Below are positions 24,101 through 36,830 of a stretch of DNA of 64,000 nt, in pieces; position 1 is the first letter of the stretch; the number at the start of each line of letters is the position of its first letter. A program made the translations under genes and the position numbers. The stretch comes from Strigamia acuminata (lineage: Eukaryota): positions 10,044,001 to 10,108,000 of the forward strand of contig OX442314.1 of assembly GCA_949358305.1 (NCBI GenBank). The letters are read 5' to 3'. The notes beneath the pieces are model-generated. The model had not been told where the DNA came from and made no database searches. It was given only the letters and a program-made list of their open reading frames with translations.

Positions 24101-27100
24101 CAATTTCAATCCTAGCCCTAATATCAAGCGCCAAGTCCAAAAATCGCAACATATTTATCCAGTACCGCAACTCCGTCCTAACTTGGCTACTTAAAGATAG
24201 TTTGGGTGGCAATTCAAAAACAATCATGATCGCCAGTAAGCCAAAATCAATTCCCCACATCTCAACAAAATTAATCCAAATATACATTCAGCTATTTCGC
24301 CGGCCGATGTCAATTACCACGAAACACTCAGCACGCTTCGTTACGCTCACACGGCTAAAAACATCGTCAACAAACCGACGATCAACGAGGACCCGAACGT
24401 TAGGGTTATTCGCGAATTACGCGCCGAAATCGCACGACTCAAGAGTCTCTTATCAACCAATAAGGTTTAATTTCATTAATTATTTATTGATTTGTTTGTT
24501 AACTTTTATTTTTTTTTAGAATGGCAATTCGTCTATTATGAACGAGCTGCAAGCCAATGAGGAAAAAGTGAAGTTATTGACGGAGAAATGGACCGAACGA
24601 TGGGGCGAAACGAAGTCGATTTTAGAGGAGCAGAAAACGTTGGCTTTGCGTAAATCGGGGTTCGGAGTTATACTCGATTCGGATCGACCGCATTTGGTCG
24701 GTATCGACGACAGTTTTTATAGCTCCGGGATGACGTTTTATCCGCTAAAAGTTAGTAAAATCAGAACAAAATCATTTTTTTTTTGAGAATTTTTGAGATT
24801 TTTTTGACAATTTTTGACAATTTTTGAGATTTTTTGACAATTTTTGAGATTTTTTGACAATTTTTGACAATTTTTGTGATTTTTTGACAATTTTTGAGAT
24901 TTTTTGACAATTTTTGACAATTTTTGAGATTTTTTGAGATTTTTGACAATTTTTGAGATGTTTTGCGATTTTTTGCAATTTTTTGACAATTTTTGACAAT
25001 TTTGTGTTAATTTTTGTGATTTAATGTGAATTTTGTGATTTTTATGTGAATTTTGTGATTTTATGTGAATTTTTGTGATTTTATGTGAATTTTGCTAATT
25101 TTTTGTTAATTTTGTTAATTTTTGCAATTTATTTTGTAATAATTTCTTGTATTTCGTGTTGTTTTAGGATGGCGAAACGTTATTGGGTGGAGAATCGACG
25201 TGTCCGGAACCGGATATTGGTAAAATTTAATTTTGATTAATTTTCGTTTGTAAAATCGAAGTTAATTGAGTTGAAAATAGTTTTGACGGACGATACGAGC
25301 GGATCGGTTTGTAGGATCGTGCTGAGTGGTAACGAGGCGGTTTTAAATCCTACTGATATTTCGTGCTGCGTGGACGGCTTGTTGGTCGAACAACCGACCG
25401 TTTTAAGCCACAGCTGCGTCATTCGCATCGGGAGGAATATCTTTCGCTACAACGCGCCCGCCGAAGCGGCGAAATTGAGGGAACGAGGGAGCGCCGAGGT
25501 AATAAATGTATATTTATTGTGTTTCACTTTGTTTTGACTGTAAGAAAATTTTATTTTATTAGTCCAAAATGTCTCGACTTTCTTTTCTCAGTCAGTCAAC
25601 GCCCAATCTAGCTAAGGAAAGTTTTAAAAGGTGAATTTTGCATTCTTTTAATGTGTTTCAGCCATTTTTAATGTGTTTTCGTGCATTATTAATGTGTTTT
25701 TATGCATTTTTAATGTGTTTTCGTGCATTTTTAATGTGTTTTCGTGCATTTTTATGTGTTTTTGGCAATTATTAATGTGTTTTCGTGCATTTTTAATGTG
25801 TTTCCTGCATTTTAAATGTTTTTTTCATGCATTTTTATGTGTTTTTGTGCATTGTTAATGTGTTTTGTGCATTTTTAATGTTTTTTCATGCATTTTAATG
25901 TGTTTTTGTGCATTATTAATGTATTTTTATGTTATTTATGTTTGTTATTAATTTATTGATTAGGTTAGATCAAGAATATTGGCTGGATAAGGGAATAAGT
26001 ATCCAAAATTTAACTCAAGAAACATCCCATCTAGAGAGTTTTATCGTAAGTTAATGATATTGCTGTTTTTATTTTTTACATCAATGGTTTTTTTCTAAAA
26101 TAAAAAATTCTTTACAGTCGAAACATCGGATAAGAACGCATAAACTTAACAAACAGAGACAAAGTGCCTACGAAAGCAAGAATTTACACGATAGGACATT
26201 GAATGGCAATGAGAAATTGATGAAATCAACGGACCAAACAGTGCAAACTGAAACAAAGTTAGTCAGTTAAGGTTACGTTCAATTTCGTTAAGAAAAAATG
26301 CCTTTTTATTTTTAAAAAATTCGATAATGGCGAAAAATACATTTTATTTCGAAAAATTCGAGCAAAAATAAGTGCGGAAACCATCCAAAAACCCGAACGA
26401 AATTGAAAGCACCCAGAAACGAGTAATTTCTAACTAAAAAAATCAAATCAAATCAAATCAAATAGCGAATTTGCTTGTGGAGAAACGAAACACTCGACTC
26501 CCACTCGCAAGCCCGAATTAAGCCTACCCATAAGCGAAGCCTTCTGCATGTACCGCGCACAACCCGAGCATCCAACGGACGACTTAATGGTGCAACTCGC
26601 CAACATGCGCCAATTTCTCGAGCAATCCGACAAAGACCTACGAGATAACTCCAATTGCGACATCAAATACAAATTACAGGTGACGTCTGTATGAATTCAC
26701 TTAAAAACGCCTTGGCTTTGATTTCCTTTTCGGCTTCAATAGCAAGTGCAGCGTATGAGAGATCAATTTGACTTGTTGCAATCGAAACTCAATTCGGTGT
26801 CGTGTGACGCATTATCTCCGATTTCCACGTCAAATTCCCTGTTCAGTCCGACTGGATGTAGAAGGTAAGTGATTTTATCAATTTTATCGTTTAAAAACGT
26901 TCAAAAATGTCTAAAAAACGTTTAAAAATGTTTAAAAACGTTCAAAAATGTCTAAAAAACGTTTAAAAATGTTTAAAAACGTTCAAAAATGTCTAAAAAA
27001 CGTTTAAAAATGTTTAAAAACGTTCAAAAATGTCTAAAAAACGTTTTAAAATGTTTAAAAACGTTTTAAAATGTTTAAAAACGTTTTAAAATGTTTAAAA

Positions 27101-29944
27101 ACGTTTTAAAATGTTTAAAAACGTTCAAAAATGTCTAAAAAACGTTCAAAAATGTCTAAAAATCGTTCAAAAATGTCTAAAAAACGTTCAAAAACATCTA
27201 AAAACGTTCAAAAATGTCTAAAAAACGTTTTAAAATGTTTAAAACGTTGTAAGTACGTGAGTTTTGTGTTTCAGTGCGTTCGAATTTCCCACTTTGTCGT
27301 CCGTGTCGTTGGCTGATTACGTCATGGGTGGATCGGAACCTAATCGGGAGAACTCTCTAAGCAGGTATTATAAATTGGGGCCCGGGCGGCCTATTTGAAG
27401 CAGGCGTTTAATGGACGTATTTGTTTTTTCACGTTCTAGTGCTTCTAGTCAGTTTAGTTTCTGCATTGATAGAGATGTAAGATGATTTTTATTTGTTTGA
27501 ATTAATTTTAGTTTTGTTCAATATGAATATTAAAAACGTTTTCAGGATATTTTAACGGAACACGAATTAAGTGTGGTAATAGCGTCGTTTTTAATTCGCG
27601 GGTCGGGTTCGAGCGTTCATTACGAATACGAAATTCAGGTAAGTCAATTTCTATATCCAAAAGGTAAATAAAATGCTAATTTACATGCTAAAAAATTTTA
27701 GCGCATAAAATGCATCATTAGTAAGGCATAAATACGTAGGAATTATTTTTATTCAATAAAAAGCCGAAATTGGCTATAAATGCATATTTTCCGAAAATCA
27801 GAAATAAATGCATAAATCGCCAATTCTCCGGGAAAAACCGGCGATTTGTGTCTTTATTTAACGCTACGTATCAATTTTTGCCTTTTTTTAAAGATGCGTA
27901 TCGTGTACGTACGCTTGGGTTCGGAAAACTGAGGACTTCACGCAAAAACAGACGCCAAAGGAAGTCACCAAATTAGTGTCTGGAAAAAGTTTTTAGAAAT
28001 AAAAAAATAAAAAATAAAAAAAATAGAAAAAAATGAATTGTAATTACTAATTACAATTCCTTTCCATCAAGAACCCTTTGAAACGGCATTAAGTTGTTAT
28101 TTAACACCTGATTTCATTCGAATAAATTTTATCTTGAATAATTTTTATTTATTTATTTTGCATAAAATTGAATTTTTGGTGCGTATATTTTCCGCATAAA
28201 ACGAATTTTATTTTGCATAAATATCTGGGGTCCTAATCATTATGACGTAAAAACGCATTGTTTTCTCTTAAAAATGCATATTGTGTGCTGAAAATGTATT
28301 TTTTCCACGTAAAATTATATTTTTAGCATGTAAAAATTCATTTTTATGCCTGTAAAAGCGCATGTTTACAGTAAAATTGTATTTGCGTGATTAAATTGTT
28401 TGTAGATTGAATAATTAAATGTCATATTCAATGCAGATGGCCGTGAAAAATGAATCGTGGACGATATATCGGCGCTACAATCGGTTTCGCGAATTGCACT
28501 ACTTCATGAAACAGAAATACGGGAGTCAAATAATCAAAGGACTCCGAGTTCCGTCCAGGTGGTTCTGGAACAGGACTTCGGATCGCTCTGCAGAGAGGAC
28601 GCGACAACAGTTAGAAGTAAATCTGCACTTTTTTAAATAATGCATAGTTCTATTATAGTGATGTCACTGTGGGGAGGGAAATAAAGGAGTTAGAGGAGAT
28701 GTGACAAATTAAATTATGAATCATGTCGAGTGAAATGGACTGTTGGGCGCGAAATTTGGCAAAAGTTTTATTCGAATTTAATTGATTTTTTCATGAATTC
28801 TGACAAAACTTTGTTGAAATGGGCCAAAATTTATCAAAAATTGACGAACTCAGTCGTTTTTCTAAATGACGTGACGACTTTTTGATGAATTTAATGAAAA
28901 AGGTGAAATATTATTGTTAGATCGACTGAATTCATCAAATATTATCGTAAGATCGACTGAATTCGTCAAATATTATCATAAAATCGACTAAATTCATCAA
29001 AAATTATCATAAAATCGACTACCGGTAAATTCGTCAAATATTATCATAAAATCGACAAAATTGGTCAAATATTATCATAAAATCGACAAAATTGGTCAAA
29101 TATTATCATAAAATCGACAAAATTGGTCAAATATTATCATAAAATCGACAAAATTGGTCAAATATTATCATAAAATCGACAAAATTGGTCAAATATTATC
29201 ATAAAATCGACAAAATTGGTCAAATATTATCATAAAATCGACAAAATTGGTCAAATATTATCATAAAATCGACAAAATTGGTCAAATATTATCATAAAAT
29301 CGACAAAATTGGTCAAATATTATCATAAAATCGACAAAATTGGTCAAATATTATCATAAAATCGACAAAATTGGTCAAATATTATCATAAAATCGACAAA
29401 ATTGGTCAAATATTATCATAAAATCGACAAAATTGGTCAAATATTATCATAAAATCGACAAAATTGGTCAAATATTATCATAAAATCGACAAAATTGGTC
29501 AAATATTATCATAAAATCGACAAAATTGGTCTAATATTATCATAAAATCAACAAAATTGGTCAAATATTATCATAAAATCGACAAAATTGGTCAAATATT
29601 ATCATAAAATCGACAAAATTGGTCTAATATTATCATAAAATCAACAAAATTGGTCTAATATTATCATAAAATCGACTAAATTCATCAAATATTATCATAA
29701 AATCGACTGAATTCGTCAAAATCCACCAAATTTCATCAAAATCCACCAAACTTAATCAAAATTCAGAACATCATTCTGCTCTCAATTTCAGGCCTATCTA
29801 AACGAACTTCTCGCCAGGTGCCTCTCAACGAAAGAATGCCATCTATACGCATACGCCGACTGCCTCTCTCGCGACCTCCTATGCAAATACATCCCGTTCT
29901 TCCTCAAAGGTGAATTTGAAGGCTCAAAATTCACCGCGGGATGA
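21101..29944 (+). CDS. KIF16B: Kinesin-3 KIF16B/Klp98A homologue (motor-FHA-PX; many small exons)
   Basis: [62 protein letters not shown]-like region, [16 protein letters not shown], and C-terminus [16 protein letters not shown]. Confidence 0.93.
21817..22086. mobile_element. Tc2/pogo-type MITE
   Basis: TA|ccgtattttaccgatta...taatcgataaaatacgg|TA. Same family as 53384-53608, with a fragment at about 16616-16675. Confidence 0.8.
24785..25000. repeat. Intronic 10-bp-period repeat
   Basis: Alternating tttttgacaa / tttttgagat decamers. Confidence 0.9.
26890..27245. repeat. Intronic minisatellite, 20/21-bp units
   Basis: aaacgttttaaaatgtttaa and aaacgttcaaaaatgtctaaa copies. Confidence 0.9.
27716..28240. 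mobile_element. Second, inverted copy of the 4943-5996 element
   Basis: Reverse-complement similarity to both ends of 4943-5996; ends ...atatctggggtcctaatcat. Confidence 0.7.
29035..29695. repeat. Intronic minisatellite, 31-bp unit, highly homogeneous
   Basis: About 21 copies of aatattatcataaaatcgacaaaattggtca. Confidence 0.95.
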
Positions 29945-30392
29945 CATGACACTCCTAACTCCAAAACAAATAAAATAAAATCATATATTTACAACAAACA
30001 AACAAGTTTAATGAATCTTTATATTTCCCAACCACTTTTAAAAAAATAATCCAATCCACACACAGATCCTATTTCGTCACCATTTAGTCATAATTTGTAA
30101 ATAACCGTTTGTGAATTCTTCGATTTGTACAATTATCTTTCAAAAACAACATTTACTCGTTGTAAACCAGAAAAAAAAACGACAAATCTGCATTGTTACG
30201 TCTTAATAAACCGAATTTTAACATTTTAACAAGTTAGGCCTATTTGTAATGATACGAGTTGTTGACATGGAAGGAATTTTTTTTTTTTTTTTTTTTTTTT
30301 ACTTTTTGTCATAGAAAAATTTAATAATAAAAAGAGAACAAAAACCACGAGGAAAAATGTCACGTATGAAAATTCTAGACTTGTAAAACACG

Positions 30393-32871
30393 TCACGTGA
30401 GTTCACCAATTTCCACCGATTCACTACAATCCATTTTTTCAATGTGAGGATCTTCGGGCCTCATTAAATCTAAAGCGTCGCCATCTTGTTCCACTTCTTC
30501 TATTCGTCTTTTGAACTTTCCTGGAAGAAATTGGTTCAAAATGGCAACTAAAATGGAACGTTTCGAACCGTATTTCTCGAATTTTGTCGTGTTTTAGGGT
30601 TAGTTCGAGAAATACGGTACGAAATATCACTTTTGTACCTGTTTGTTGCGATGTTTGGCCGTTATGTAGTGTCCTTTTGGCTCGGTAAATTGGTTCGTAC
30701 TCCTTTTTGAGGAATTGGGAATAGAGAGTTATTAGTTTTCAAGTTAGTTGTTGTTGTTTTTGTTTTGTTTAACCTTTAATTGCTGTGCGAAGCCGTCGTT
30801 TGGATTTATACAAAATCGTTTTTGTTGAACTAATAAGAAGGCAGCTCTGTCGAAAGATAAAAAAAAAAAAATTTTATTTTTAGTTATAAACCCAGTCAAA
30901 ATGTAAAATTTATGTAAAAACAAAACAAAATTGTACATTTTTAGTGAAAAGCTAGCAGAAGTCAAGCAAAAATGTCAAATTTTCGTAAAAAGCTAGCAGA
31001 AGTCAAGCAAAAATGTCAAATTTCAAGCAAAATTGTCAAATTTACGTGAAAATCTGGCAAAAATGTCAAATTTACGTGAAAATCTGGCAAAAATGTCAAA
31101 TTTACGTGAAAATCAGACGATAATGTCAAATTTTCGTGAAAATCAAGCAAAAATGTCAAATTTTCGTGAAAATTAAGCAAAAATGTCAAATTTTCGTGAA
31201 AATCAGACGATAATGTCAAATTTTCGTGAAAATCAAGCAAAAATGTCAAGTTTTCGTGAAAATCAAGCAAAAATATCAAATCTTAGTTAAACCCTAAGCA
31301 AAATTTAACTTTCTTTGCATACAATTGTACAAAAATGTAAAATGTATGCACAAAACCGAGCAAAAATGTCATTTTTCGCATTAAAACGAACTAAATTCTC
31401 AATTTTTGCATAAAAACGAACAAAATTTACAATTTTTGCTTAAAACGAACTAAAAGTCTCAATTTTTTATATAAACGAACTAAATTATCAATTTTTGCAT
31501 AAAAACGAGATAAAATGTCAAATTTTAGCATAAATGCAAGCTCAATTTCGAGCTTAAAATCAAAAAAAAATTAAAATTTCAGCAAACAACGAACAAAAAT
31601 GTCAATTTTTGCACAAAAACCAAGCATAATACAATACCTTCATCATAAAAACCCCTCAAAACTTAAAATATCCAGTAAAAAAAACACATCAAATCACTTC
31701 AATTTTCCTTACTTGTATGATAAACCATATTTTTCCATGATGTATGAAATAACTAATGCAGCACTACAAGAAAAACAAAAGAAAACAGAAAAAAAAATGA
31801 AAACCAAACCAAAAATTCCAATTTCCACCTCCAAATGCCTCACCTCCGCGATATTCCCGCATTTCCATGAACTAAAGCAATTCCTATTCAAGTATTTTCA
31901 ACCATTAACACAATTAGCCGTCAAACAACACTCCGAACTACCAACCTCCTAACTGCCAACAGTCATCGAGAAACTTCTTCACCTAAGACATAGCAAGTTA
32001 GTATGTGCTCAGATGAATAAACAAACCATTCCACACCTTTGGAAAATGCTGAATTATGTTTTCAGTGACACAGTCAGCAATGTCTAGCACCAGATATCTT
32101 TAAAACAAACATTTCTCAACCAAATAACTCAATTTGCACTTCCGGTTTGCCATTTTTCGCCCGAAGATGGACGAAAATGGCAAACTTAAACGGATGCGGC
32201 GTTTAAATCGAATAAAATTACTTAAATAACTCTGGAAAATTTGGTCTAATGAAATGAGCTTCAACAGCCTGGCGAATACACACAATGTGCGTAACTTTGG
32301 TTTCCACTAGTAATTCGCACTGAAATAGTTCGAAATAAATCGGTTTTAGTCATTTGTGGGTTTAATTTATAGAATTTGGATACTTTGGACTTCATGGCTG
32401 CGGAATAAGGTCCCAAGTAAAGGCCTGGGATTATTTCCTGTAAAATAAAAAATTAATTAATCACAAATGTTGATTTTTTTAGAATTATTTTGAATTTTGT
32501 GGAATTGTTTTGAATTGTTTTGAATTGTTTTGAATTGTTTTGAATTGTTTTGAATTTCTTGGAATATTTTAGATTTTTTTCTGAATTATTTTGAATTATT
32601 TTGAATTATTTTGAATTATTTTGAATTATTTTGCGTTTTTTCGAGTTTTTATCGAGTTAATTCATTTTTTTTAAAAGTATTTTTGAATTACCTGCATTTC
32701 CCGTCTCATTGCATAGGTCCAATCCTGAATCATAACAAAATCATTTCGAAATTAATTTAAATGTTTTATTTATATTTCTAAATAATACAAAATTTGAGGA
32801 TTTTTTAGTTTGTCAATTCTTACCAAACCTTCGTCGAGTTGTGGAACTGGTGGAAACTCGGGCGGATCCAT
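30393..32871 (-). CDS. STYX: Pseudophosphatase STYX homologue (multi-exon)
   Basis: MDPPEFPPVPQ, DWTYAMRREMQEIIPGLYLGPYSAAMKSK, YLVLDIAD, LVHGNAGISRS (Gly replaces the catalytic Cys, as in STYX), VQQKRFCINPNDGF, EYEPIYRAK. Confidence 0.93.
31010..31280. repeat. Intronic minisatellite, 30-bp unit
   Basis: Tandem aatcaagcaaaaatgtcaaattttcgtgaa variants. Confidence 0.9.
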
Positions 32872-33594
32872 ATCACCGTACAAACAACATATTTATATTT
32901 TAAAATTGCAATTTTATGATGAAACCCAATATTGTTTTAATGTAAAAACGAGCGGAGTTTTACTGACATCGTCAAACTCAAAGCCATTACCCTAACCCCA
33001 TCCCATGATCCCCTGCACCGGAAATAAAACTTACTTCTACTCGCAACACGACTTCGTAACCCAAATAATGTACCAAAACTCCGCCCAAAACTGCACCAAT
33101 CGACCAAAATAAACATTTAAACCTATTTTTATCAAATATTTTCTCCAATTCGTTTAAAAAATAATTTAAACACTTCCTGCCTCTCTCAATTAATATAATA
33201 TAAATATATAATAAATACTTAGAGCGTTGGATGGAGTCATACAGCAGTTATTCTATTTACAAAACCAAATATTATTAATAAATAGAAATATACATTTATG
33301 AGTATTTTCTTTAAATTACACAAAATAAATAAACATTAATAAAAAAATTAATAAAACCAAATTTCTAACCAAAATTATCTTATCTCGTCTCATGACATCC
33401 CTAGCGTCAAAACCCGTTACCACTTACCAACCGGAGTGAACTCCAGCACTGTGTCGTCTTTCCTATTTACGTCCAAAATACGACGGAGAAAGTGTTTGTA
33501 CCTCAAATAACATCCAAAACAAGCCAAAACTAACTAATTCCTTTAAAAATTTCAGTTTATTCAGACAACAATGACATAAAACAGCAAATCAGCG

Positions 33595-34152
33595 ATGAAA
33601 AGCCGCAAGTTGAACCAGCAATGTCTTTCCGTCGTCTTGCTCCTCCAATACGTAATAGCATCGATAGGCGCCAATAATTCGGCCATTTTTACGTTCCACG
33701 GCTACGTGGGCGGCGGAAACTACACGTATTACAAACTGACATTAGACGGGTCGATCCTGCTCACCCTCAACTCGTTGGATGGCGACGCGGATCTGTATAT
33801 CTCTCCAAATAGTCTCTATCCGACGTTCGATGTCGACGAGCACTCGTTGCAGTCGACGACGTGCGGGTTGGACAAAGTGCGGATACCCAGGGATTTGATG
33901 CGACCGGTCGGGATCGGAGTGTACGGGCATCCGACGAGTGAGATTAGTATATATGAATTGCAGATCCATCGGTTAGACGAGGAAAATCACGAGAGATTCG
34001 TCAATATTAACGATTACGACGAGATTTCGAGCGCGGATTATAGTAAACCGGAAGCGTCGTTGCCGCCGTTGAGCAAGGATGACGAGGAGTCGATTTTCTG
34101 GACGATATTGGTCGGGATTTTGAAGGTTTTGTTAGAGATTTTAGCGTCGTAG
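33595..34152 (+). CDS. C6orf120: UPF0669 protein C6orf120 homologue (single coding exon)
   Basis: Signal peptide, GNYTYY, SLDGDADLYIS, LQSTTCGLD, RPVGIGVYGHP, and C-terminal EESIFWTILVGILKVLLEIL. Confidence 0.88.
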   Translation: MKSRKLNQQCLSVVLLLQYVIASIGANNSAIFTFHGYVGGGNYTYYKLTLDGSILLTLNSLDGDADLYISPNSLYPTFDVDEHSLQSTTCGLDKVRIPRDLMRPVGIGVYGHPTSEISIYELQIHRLDEENHERFVNINDYDEISSADYSKPEASLPPLSKDDEESIFWTILVGILKVLLEILAS

Positions 34153-34302
34153 AATCGTGGATTGATATTACGAGGAGGAAATTGCGGAATTTATTATGCA
34201 AATTTTTGTAGGAATTTTCGAATAAATTATTTTTCTTTTCTTTTGTTCGTTCGCCCAGAAATGATTTTAGTTTCGTTTTATTTTTTATTTTATTTTATTT
34301 TA

Positions 34303-36537
34303 TTAGGTTTTTTTTTTTACAACGTGGATGTAAAATGCGGGGGGTTCGGATATTTCGTTCATCGGTTTGAAGTCGCCGTAGATGTGGTGCTCGCAGTAGC
34401 CGAACGCTTCGTCGATCAGTTTGGTGAACGGGATCAAGCGATGAGGATAATATGAAAGTCGGAAATGACTGGAAAGGAAAATAAAATATTTTTTTTGGTT
34501 AATTACGAGTGGTTTTTGTTGCTTTAAGGCTGAAATAAGGGTTTGTTTGGTATAAAAGTTGATTTTTAAACACGTGAAATGCATTTTTGTGAGGAATAAT
34601 GACCTTTTAGGTCGGAAAAGTGCATTTTAAATTTTTAAAATTTATTTTTTTGGGTTAGAGTTGACTTTTATAGACACTAAGATGCATTTTTGTGTGTGTG
34701 GAATGGTCTATCTAGTCTAAAATTGCATTTTAGACGTCAAAACTTGCATTTTAGACGTCAAAACTGCGTAAAATGAATTTTGTTATGCAAAGATTGTCTA
34801 TTTTGGCACAATAAAAAATTTTGTGTGTAAAATAGTCGTTTTGTAGCAATAAAAGGCACAAAAATGCCATTTTTAATTGAAAACGTGAATATTTTTTATA
34901 CCGCACTGTGTACAAATTTAAATCTTACTCTATAAGCGCGCCTTTTTTCGTAGACGCGTCTTCGGCGTTACCAAACTGAGTTCCTAAATTTGACACATCC
35001 ATCGTGTAATCTAAAGTTATTATAGTTGGCACTCCGTCTTGATAAAGTATAGACGTATGAATATCCTTAATATTTTTACTCTATAAAAAAAAATAAAATA
35101 AGTATAAAAATAAATAAAAATAAATAAAAATAAATAAAATAAATAAAACTAAATAAATAAATAAAAATAAATAAAATAAATTTAATTGCTCATCACACAC
35201 ATTATAGTATATGTTTTTCGCAGGTGTTCTGCCAGTATCCAAAATATAATCATAATTTCGATGATCTATAATAAAAAGTCCTCCGGGTTTCACCATTTCT
35301 TGAAAATTCCTTAGTGCTAATCTAAAATAAAATTTTAAAATTAAAGAAATATATATATATATATATATATATTTTATTTTTTTTATTTTAAAATTTTTTA
35401 CTTTATTTTTTGTTTATCGCCTTCAAAGTCTGGTAAATGAGCGAAGGAGTTTCCCAGACAAATAACAGCGTCGAATCCACCCTTGGGTTTACATATGTTA
35501 CGGTTTTTGAAATCATCTTGCAGTGTGAGCCAATTCGCTTCTTCAATAACTGACGAAATAAATAAATTGAAATTAGTAAATCGCACTTGGGAGCGTGATC
35601 CCGTGGATCCGGGGTTAAGTTCGGATCCAAGCCAAACTCAAACTCCCGTTTAAAATCAAATCGGAAATACATTTTTAAAATATTTTCCGCGATAACTTCG
35701 ATAAAATATCGAAATGTGAAAAGATATCAAAGATAAAACTGATTAAAAAAACTGATTTTAACAGTTTTTATAAATTTAAACTCGATATTTTTATTATTTA
35801 CAATTGCCTCATTAATGGCGGTCCTTGGGAGCATGACCCCGTGGATCCGGGATCAAGTTCGGATCCCAGCCAATTCAAATCTCAATTACATTTTTACAAT
35901 ATTTTTCTGATAACTTCGATAACGATGTCAAAATATCAAAAAATATCAAACAAAACACTGATTAAAAACCGATTCCAACCAGATTTTTAATCAAAACTTG
36001 AAATTTCCATTTAAAAAAACAAAAATAAAATCTCATCTCACCCCATCTGTCAAACGCCTCTTCTTTACGTCTTTCCCACCGCTCTATTAAAGCGTATTTC
36101 AACATTTTATCTGACGCATCCACACTCGTCAAACGAAATCCTTGTTCCAGTAATAAAATCGAATCAACCCTGCAAAGAAAAATCTCAAAAAATCTCACAA
36201 AATCAAACCAAAACAAAAAAATCCACCTTCGATACAAACGATCTAATAAAAAGTGACAATTCAATAGAAAATATGTCAAATCCCTACCACAAAAAAATGA
36301 TAATTCATAAGAAAATAGGACAATTCTTTACCCGGTGCCACACGCAACGTCCAAAATATGTTGACACGAATATTCTTTCAGCATTCTCGTTAGGAATTGC
36401 TTGTAATGATCGGTCCGTGTGTTCTTATCGCCGATGTAAACCTCCCATACTTTGGCCGCTTTGCCGTCCGCATATTGATCGGGTAAACCTTCGGTGGCAA
36501 CACCGAGTGAACGGGTTCGATAAACACTATCGACCAT
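34303..36537 (-). CDS. GNMT: Glycine N-methyltransferase (multi-exon)
   Basis: [87 protein letters not shown]. Confidence 0.97.
35586..35965. repeat. About 240-bp-period tandem duplication in a GNMT intron with a GC-rich hairpin
   Basis: cttgggagc(g/a)tga(t/c)cccgtggatccggg...aagttcggatcc at 35586 and 35824, each followed by similar AT-rich sequence. Confidence 0.75.
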
Positions 36538-36805
36538 GGTGACACGTTAGCCGATGCAGACAGCTAAAATCTGTTCATGTTCTGCTATTTCTATTAAGAT
36601 AAGAGCGCTCTAGTAACGCATTACGTAAACGATGATGTCAATTCATCATATAGTTACAGTAATAAATCAACGATTTTATATCATTTTATTGATTTTTAAA
36701 TGGAAATGAAAAAAAAATTGCTTTAAATAACGATTTTATTGATAATTATTATTAAATACTATCAAATATATACAGAAAATACGACATTTTGAAATATTTT
36801 TCTAC

Positions 36806-36815
36806 TGCGCATGCG
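36806..36815. promoter_or_regulatory. NRF1/EWG-like motif upstream of GNMT
   Basis: tgcgcatgcg inside the near-palindrome tctactgcgcatgcgtaga; a related tgcgcatgtg sits beside the Aven start codon. Confidence 0.35.
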
Positions 36816-36830
36816 TAGATGCAACTCTAG

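Noticed and set aside
29035..29695. 31-bp repeats of CRISPR-like length
   Set aside because: The copies are directly adjacent with no unique spacers or cas genes, and they lie in a eukaryotic intron.
30277..30300. 24-nt T run as a possible retrocopy tail
   Set aside because: No TSD or associated element is seen; it is a simple homopolymer between convergent 3' ends.
31843..31885. Missing catalytic Cys in the phosphatase motif (HGNAGISRS)
   Set aside because: This is the established defining feature of STYX, not a novel loss.
32320..32384. Intron starting GTATCC as a possible U12-type intron
   Set aside because: It continues AAAT rather than TT and lacks a TCCTTAAC branch site; it is most likely U2-type.
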